This document shows positions 60,305-64,000 of a DNA stretch of 64,000 nucleotides, piece by piece (position 1 is the first letter of the stretch; each line of letters opens with the position of its first letter). The notes under the pieces were generated by a model that worked only from the letters and a program-made list of their open reading frames with translations, did no database searches and was not told where the DNA came from. This DNA comes from an uncultured Thermoprotei archaeon. GTDB taxonomy: Archaea > Thermoproteota > Thermoprotei > Thermofilales > B15-G2. Made by a program: the position numbers and the translations under genes. The DNA is taken from positions 103,649-167,648 of the forward strand of contig CBDUKN010000003.1 in assembly GCA_965367815.1 (NCBI GenBank), written 5' to 3'.

Positions 60305-62227
60305 ATGAGAGAGATTAAGTTGAAGTCGGCTACCGCACTTATCTCCGATGACAGCTTAATTGTAGATACTAGCAGAATGCGGCGTAAGTGGAAATGGACT
60401 AATAGAGGCTTTGTTACAGTAAGTCTTCAAGACAAAGTCTCGGGCGTAGAGTGGTGTAAAAGAAAGCCCGCTTATTCTTGTGACTGGAGTCTCTGGGGTA
60501 TAGTAAGTGAAGCCGAGCTCCTCTCGCTTGACGCTAAAGTAAGCGACGACGAAGGCTTTACTTCAGAGCACATAGAAGTACGCGCTTTAGTAGAGTATCC
60601 ACGAGAAAAACTTCAAGCAGAGTACTTAATATGGGTTTACCCTAATTCACCGGGTATTCGCACTCAAATTAGAGTCAAGAGTCTAGAAGGCTTTTCTCCC
60701 GAGAAATTTAATGGAGAGTTTCGTGTCGAATATATTCCAGTAAGCTTCGAGAACACTGTTAGACGCGAAATAGGCTACTACAACGATACACAGCACAGAA
60801 ACGAGCCTGAAACAGAGATTTTGAGAGAAGAAGTAAAGACTTCTCCGCTGTCGGGAATCGAAGAACATAACTGGGGCAGCATACTCTGCATAGAGAAAGA
60901 AGGCTGCGGTTTAGCTATTGTTAAAGAGTCTCATAAGTGCGTCAATCAGCCTGGAGTAAACTGCGGAGTCTTCCGCTGCGACCCCTCTAAAGGCGTTGAG
61001 TCAACGGGAAGCGGTTTATCTCCCGAAGAAATCGTCTCTAGCCATTTTCGCGGCTGCTGGGCTTCCTGGTGCTTAGTCTACAGTGGGGGAGATGATGAGA
61101 GAGAACTTGCGTTAAAAGTATTTGATCGGCTACGCTACCCTATTAAGCCCGATAGAGATATCTATATTATAGCGAATACTTGGGGCAGTGGAGGAGGAAG
61201 AGAAGCTGCCCGAGAAGAAAATGTTTTAAAAGAAATAGAGAGTCAAGCAGACCTCGGCATTGATGTCCAGCAAATAGACGACGGCTGGCAAGACGAAAAC
61301 TGGAGGCCTAGAAGAGACTTTTATCCAGAAGGCTGGACTAGAGTAGTTGCTAAAGCAAAAGAAAAGGGAGTTAAGCTAGGCCTCTGGTTTAATGCGGGAG
61401 CCATGAGCCCTAAAGAGCTCCTAGAAAACTTAAAGTACCACTACGATACCGGAGGTTTTCTATACTTCAAGCTCGACGGCCTCCACTTCGAAACCTACAG
61501 CGAAGTAGACGAAGTTATGAAAGCTGTAAGAGAGTTCATTAAGTACACAGGGCATAAAGCTCAAGTAAACTGGGATGTCACAGAAAACTCTCCTAGAGTA
61601 GGCTACTTTTTTGCAAAAGAGTACGGATGCATCTACTTAGAAAACCGGAAGCCCGAGTCCTACAACGTATACATCCCCTACCTAGTCCTCCGAGACCTCT
61701 GGCAGCTCTCCAAATACATTAACTTAAATAAAGTTCAGTGCACAGTCCAGAACATAGATAGAGTAGACCCCAAGGCAAGCGACGCCCACTTACACAGCCA
61801 CCAGTACTGCGTAGCTATCACCCTGATGGGCATACCCATATTCTTCCAGGAAACACACCTCTACTCCCAAGCAGCCCGCGAGGAAATAAAATCCATTCTC
61901 AGAGTATATAAGGAGCACAGAAAACGCATATTCAAAGGCTACGTTTTCCCCATCGGCAGTAAACCCGACAACAAAAGCTGGACAGGCTTCCAGTGCCATA
62001 TTTTCGAAGAAAAAGCAGGCTACTTACTCATTTTCCGCGAACTACATAACCGCGAAGACACTAAAGCTATTCGACTCAAATTCATCTCCAATACCTCCCT
62101 TAAACTCAAAGACCTTCTACACAAAACAGAAACCGTAGTCAAAGTAGCCGGCGACGGAAAAGTAGTATTTAAAATAGAAAAACCAGCTGACTTCAGATTC
62201 TACCAATACGAAGTTTTAGACAAATAA
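60305..62227 (+). CDS. GH36/clan-D alpha-galactosidase-like glycoside hydrolase
   Basis: ANTWG, QIDDGWQ, FYPEG, GLWF, YFKLD nucleophile motif; C-terminal beta-sandwich. Confidence 0.75.
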   Translation: MREIKLKSATALISDDSLIVDTSRMRRKWKWTNRGFVTVSLQDKVSGVEWCKRKPAYSCDWSLWGIVSEAELLSLDAKVSDDEGFTSEHIEVRALVEYPREKLQAEYLIWVYPNSPGIRTQIRVKSLEGFSPEKFNGEFRVEYIPVSFENTVRREIGYYNDTQHRNEPETEILREEVKTSPLSGIEEHNWGSILCIEKEGCGLAIVKESHKCVNQPGVNCGVFRCDPSKGVESTGSGLSPEEIVSSHFRGCWASWCLVYSGGDDERELALKVFDRLRYPIKPDRDIYIIANTWGSGGGREAAREENVLKEIESQADLGIDVQQIDDGWQDENWRPRRDFYPEGWTRVVAKAKEKGVKLGLWFNAGAMSPKELLENLKYHYDTGGFLYFKLDGLHFETYSEVDEVMKAVREFIKYTGHKAQVNWDVTENSPRVGYFFAKEYGCIYLENRKPESYNVYIPYLVLRDLWQLSKYINLNKVQCTVQNIDRVDPKASDAHLHSHQYCVAITLMGIPIFFQETHLYSQAAREEIKSILRVYKEHRKRIFKGYVFPIGSKPDNKSWTGFQCHIFEEKAGYLLIFRELHNREDTKAIRLKFISNTSLKLKDLLHKTETVVKVAGDGKVVFKIEKPADFRFYQYEVLDK

Positions 62228-62381
62228 ACTCAGCCACATTCTCTAAACCATATTTTTATCAAAATCTATTTTATCCCTCTTTCTAACAAATCTTAATACC
62301 GAAAAGATCTAAAATTTAGCCTAAAGCAAGAAGACTTCCAGTAAACTATATATCAGTACTAAACACTTTATGTTCTCTAAT

Positions 62382-62786
62382 CTAAAGCTGCTCAAAGTAC
62401 TTTACTTCATCTAATGCTTTTAAATAAATTTTTTCAAGCAGTCCAAATCTATTTAAGAGAACTTTTCCCGACTCAAATACTTCCAGAATAAACCACGCTG
62501 GAGCATAATTCAATATTTTAACATCTACAGGAAATCCTATTTCCTCAGACAACTCTTTTTCCAGCATAAACTTATACTTAAGTAAATCTTCTTGAGGCTT
62601 AACGTATAAAGCTAAATCTATATCTCTGAAAGGATACTTTCTTAGAAATGATCCATAGAGCACCGCTACTAATACTTCACTACGGCTTTTCAATACTTCT
62701 TTAAGCTTACACAATATTATTTTCTTCTCCTGCTGGCTAATCTCATAAAACCTAAATTTTTCGCGAAGCTCTAGTTCTAGAGACAT
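62382..62786 (-). CDS. Minimal nucleotidyltransferase (MNT antitoxin)
   Basis: AVLYGSF..RDIDLALY, PVDVKILNYAP. Confidence 0.9.
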   Translation of the reverse strand: MSLELELREKFRFYEISQQEKKIILCKLKEVLKSRSEVLVAVLYGSFLRKYPFRDIDLALYVKPQEDLLKYKFMLEKELSEEIGFPVDVKILNYAPAWFILEVFESGKVLLNRFGLLEKIYLKALDEVKYFEQL

Positions 62787-63194
62787 ATTCCTCTACCTCC
62801 TTAACAAAATCCTCTACTACCTTTAGTCCATTACCTTTAGCCTCTTTATAAATTCTAGAGTTGTCTATTTCCCAGTACCTATGTATTATTAAGTTTCTTA
62901 ATTTAGCAAGATTCTCCATATCTTCACCTACTTTAGGAGAAATAACTCCATGATCTCTCAACAGTCTAAAGATGTGAGAACATCTTCAACTTTATTGACA
63001 CCTAGAAATTCTCTCAAAATATGAAGACCTAAACTAAAGGAAGACTCTACTATTTCCACAAGAGCTAAACGTAGAGTATACCTGTTCCTAATATCACATA
63101 TAAACTCATTATAATCCATGCTAACAATATTCTTCGCTATCTCCAAAGGCTTTCTGATCTCCATTAATAGTCTCTCAATTTGAGTGTAGCTCAC
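62752..63194 (-). pseudogene. HEPN (DUF86/HepT-like) toxin split by a frameshift
   Basis: Two overlapping ORFs join near 62980-62990; RNLIIH Rx4H motif in the second part. Confidence 0.85.
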
Positions 63195-63561
63195 ACTATA
63201 TAGTCTAGTACTTAAAGTATAAAAGTAGCCTTTATACTCCGTAAAAAATACGGCAACTAGAGGATTAAGACTAAATACTGAGGAAGCTTATGAATACACA
63301 ACACAATATGTAAACAACGAGAAGGCAGTAATAAGACCTATTTCTGCCCACCACATAAAGAAGCCACTAGACACTATTTCAAGCAAAAGAGCATCAATAT
63401 CGAAGTACAACAACAAGCTAGCACAATTACACCGCAAATAGATCAGTAAACATCAGCCACAAAAAACATATATCCCTAAAACTAGTATTAACTCGGATGA
63501 AGCCCTCGACCACCAGGGATTACTCCCTGGGGGATGAGATTGGGGCGGAGCTAGCCCATTC

Positions 63562-63931
63562 TCACAAATCCCATTTCAACGGCATTCTCGACCTAACGTC
63601 CCTGAGTCTCCTACCGTGATCTTCAACCTGAATTCTAGTATAAGCTAGCAACGTGTCAGCAATACCTAAAAGAACATACATTACAGAAGGCTTCAACCCC
63701 AAATTCTCTAACATAACCTTATGTCTTCTCAAAGAGCCTTCAGCCACTACTAATGAGTCCTCAAGTTTACTTCTAGCAATTTTAACTAAGTAATCATCAA
63801 CAACAGCGACCAGCACTCTACTGCTAATCCCCTCAACACGGCCCAGAAGTCTCCCAAATAATTAGTCACATCAACACCTAAAAGCACATCAGCGTCAACA
63901 AGAACTTCAATCACTCTAAGTGCTCTAGGAA
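63562..63931 (-). CDS. 3' part of a hypothetical gene, truncated by the contig end and with a frame break
   Basis: ORF 63562-63816 plus an upstream LLGVDV segment in another frame. Confidence 0.4.
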
Positions 63932-64000
63932 CTGTCTCTTATACACATCTCCGAGCCCACGAGACCTCTCTACATCTCGTATGCCGTCTTCTGCTTGAAA
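63932..64000 (+). other. Illumina Nextera read-through adapter (assembly artefact)
   Basis: CTGTCTCTTATACACATCT-CCGAGCCCACGAGAC, index CTCTCTAC, ATCTCGTATGCCGTCTTCTGCTTG, then AAA. Confidence 0.99.

Noticed and set aside
63932-63950. Tn5/IS50-like terminal repeat suggesting a transposon
   Set aside because: It is part of the Nextera adapter, followed directly by the index and P7 sequence
1-64000. CRISPR array, tRNA/rRNA genes, integrase or proviral genes
   Set aside because: No regularly spaced repeats, cloverleaf-like segments or recombinase/capsid motifs seen by eye; tRNAscan-SE and a CRISPR finder would confirm

Overview
Archaeal DNA, most likely a Thermoproteota (Thermofilales-like) genome assembly. 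The taxonomy is inferred from gene content, TATA boxes and GGTGA-type ribosome sites. It is an accessory region with no rRNA, tRNA or CRISPR array. It carries cytoplasmic glycan-degrading enzymes (GH38, GH3, GH2, Asp-box sialidase-like, GH36-like), two URO-D-family proteins, about eight intact or decayed toxin-antitoxin modules and many pseudogenes. The most striking part is a ~21 kb intact locus (9.5-31 kb). It encodes three giant paralogous MacB/FtsX-type membrane proteins that share one chassis but carry different N-terminal extracellular domains: an Ntn hydrolase, a PA plus degenerate M28 domain, and an Ig-like domain. It also encodes two OPT-like transporters, a penicillin-acylase-family Ntn hydrolase, a gingipain-like C25 protease and an ATPase-less Cdc48 N-domain protein, but no ABC ATPase. 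A second candidate system is a 56-aa secreted pro-peptide ORF missing from the ORF track, directly upstream of an HTH regulator (possible peptide signalling). The last 69 bases are Illumina Nextera adapter, not genome. All family assignments come from motif recognition by eye, not database searches.
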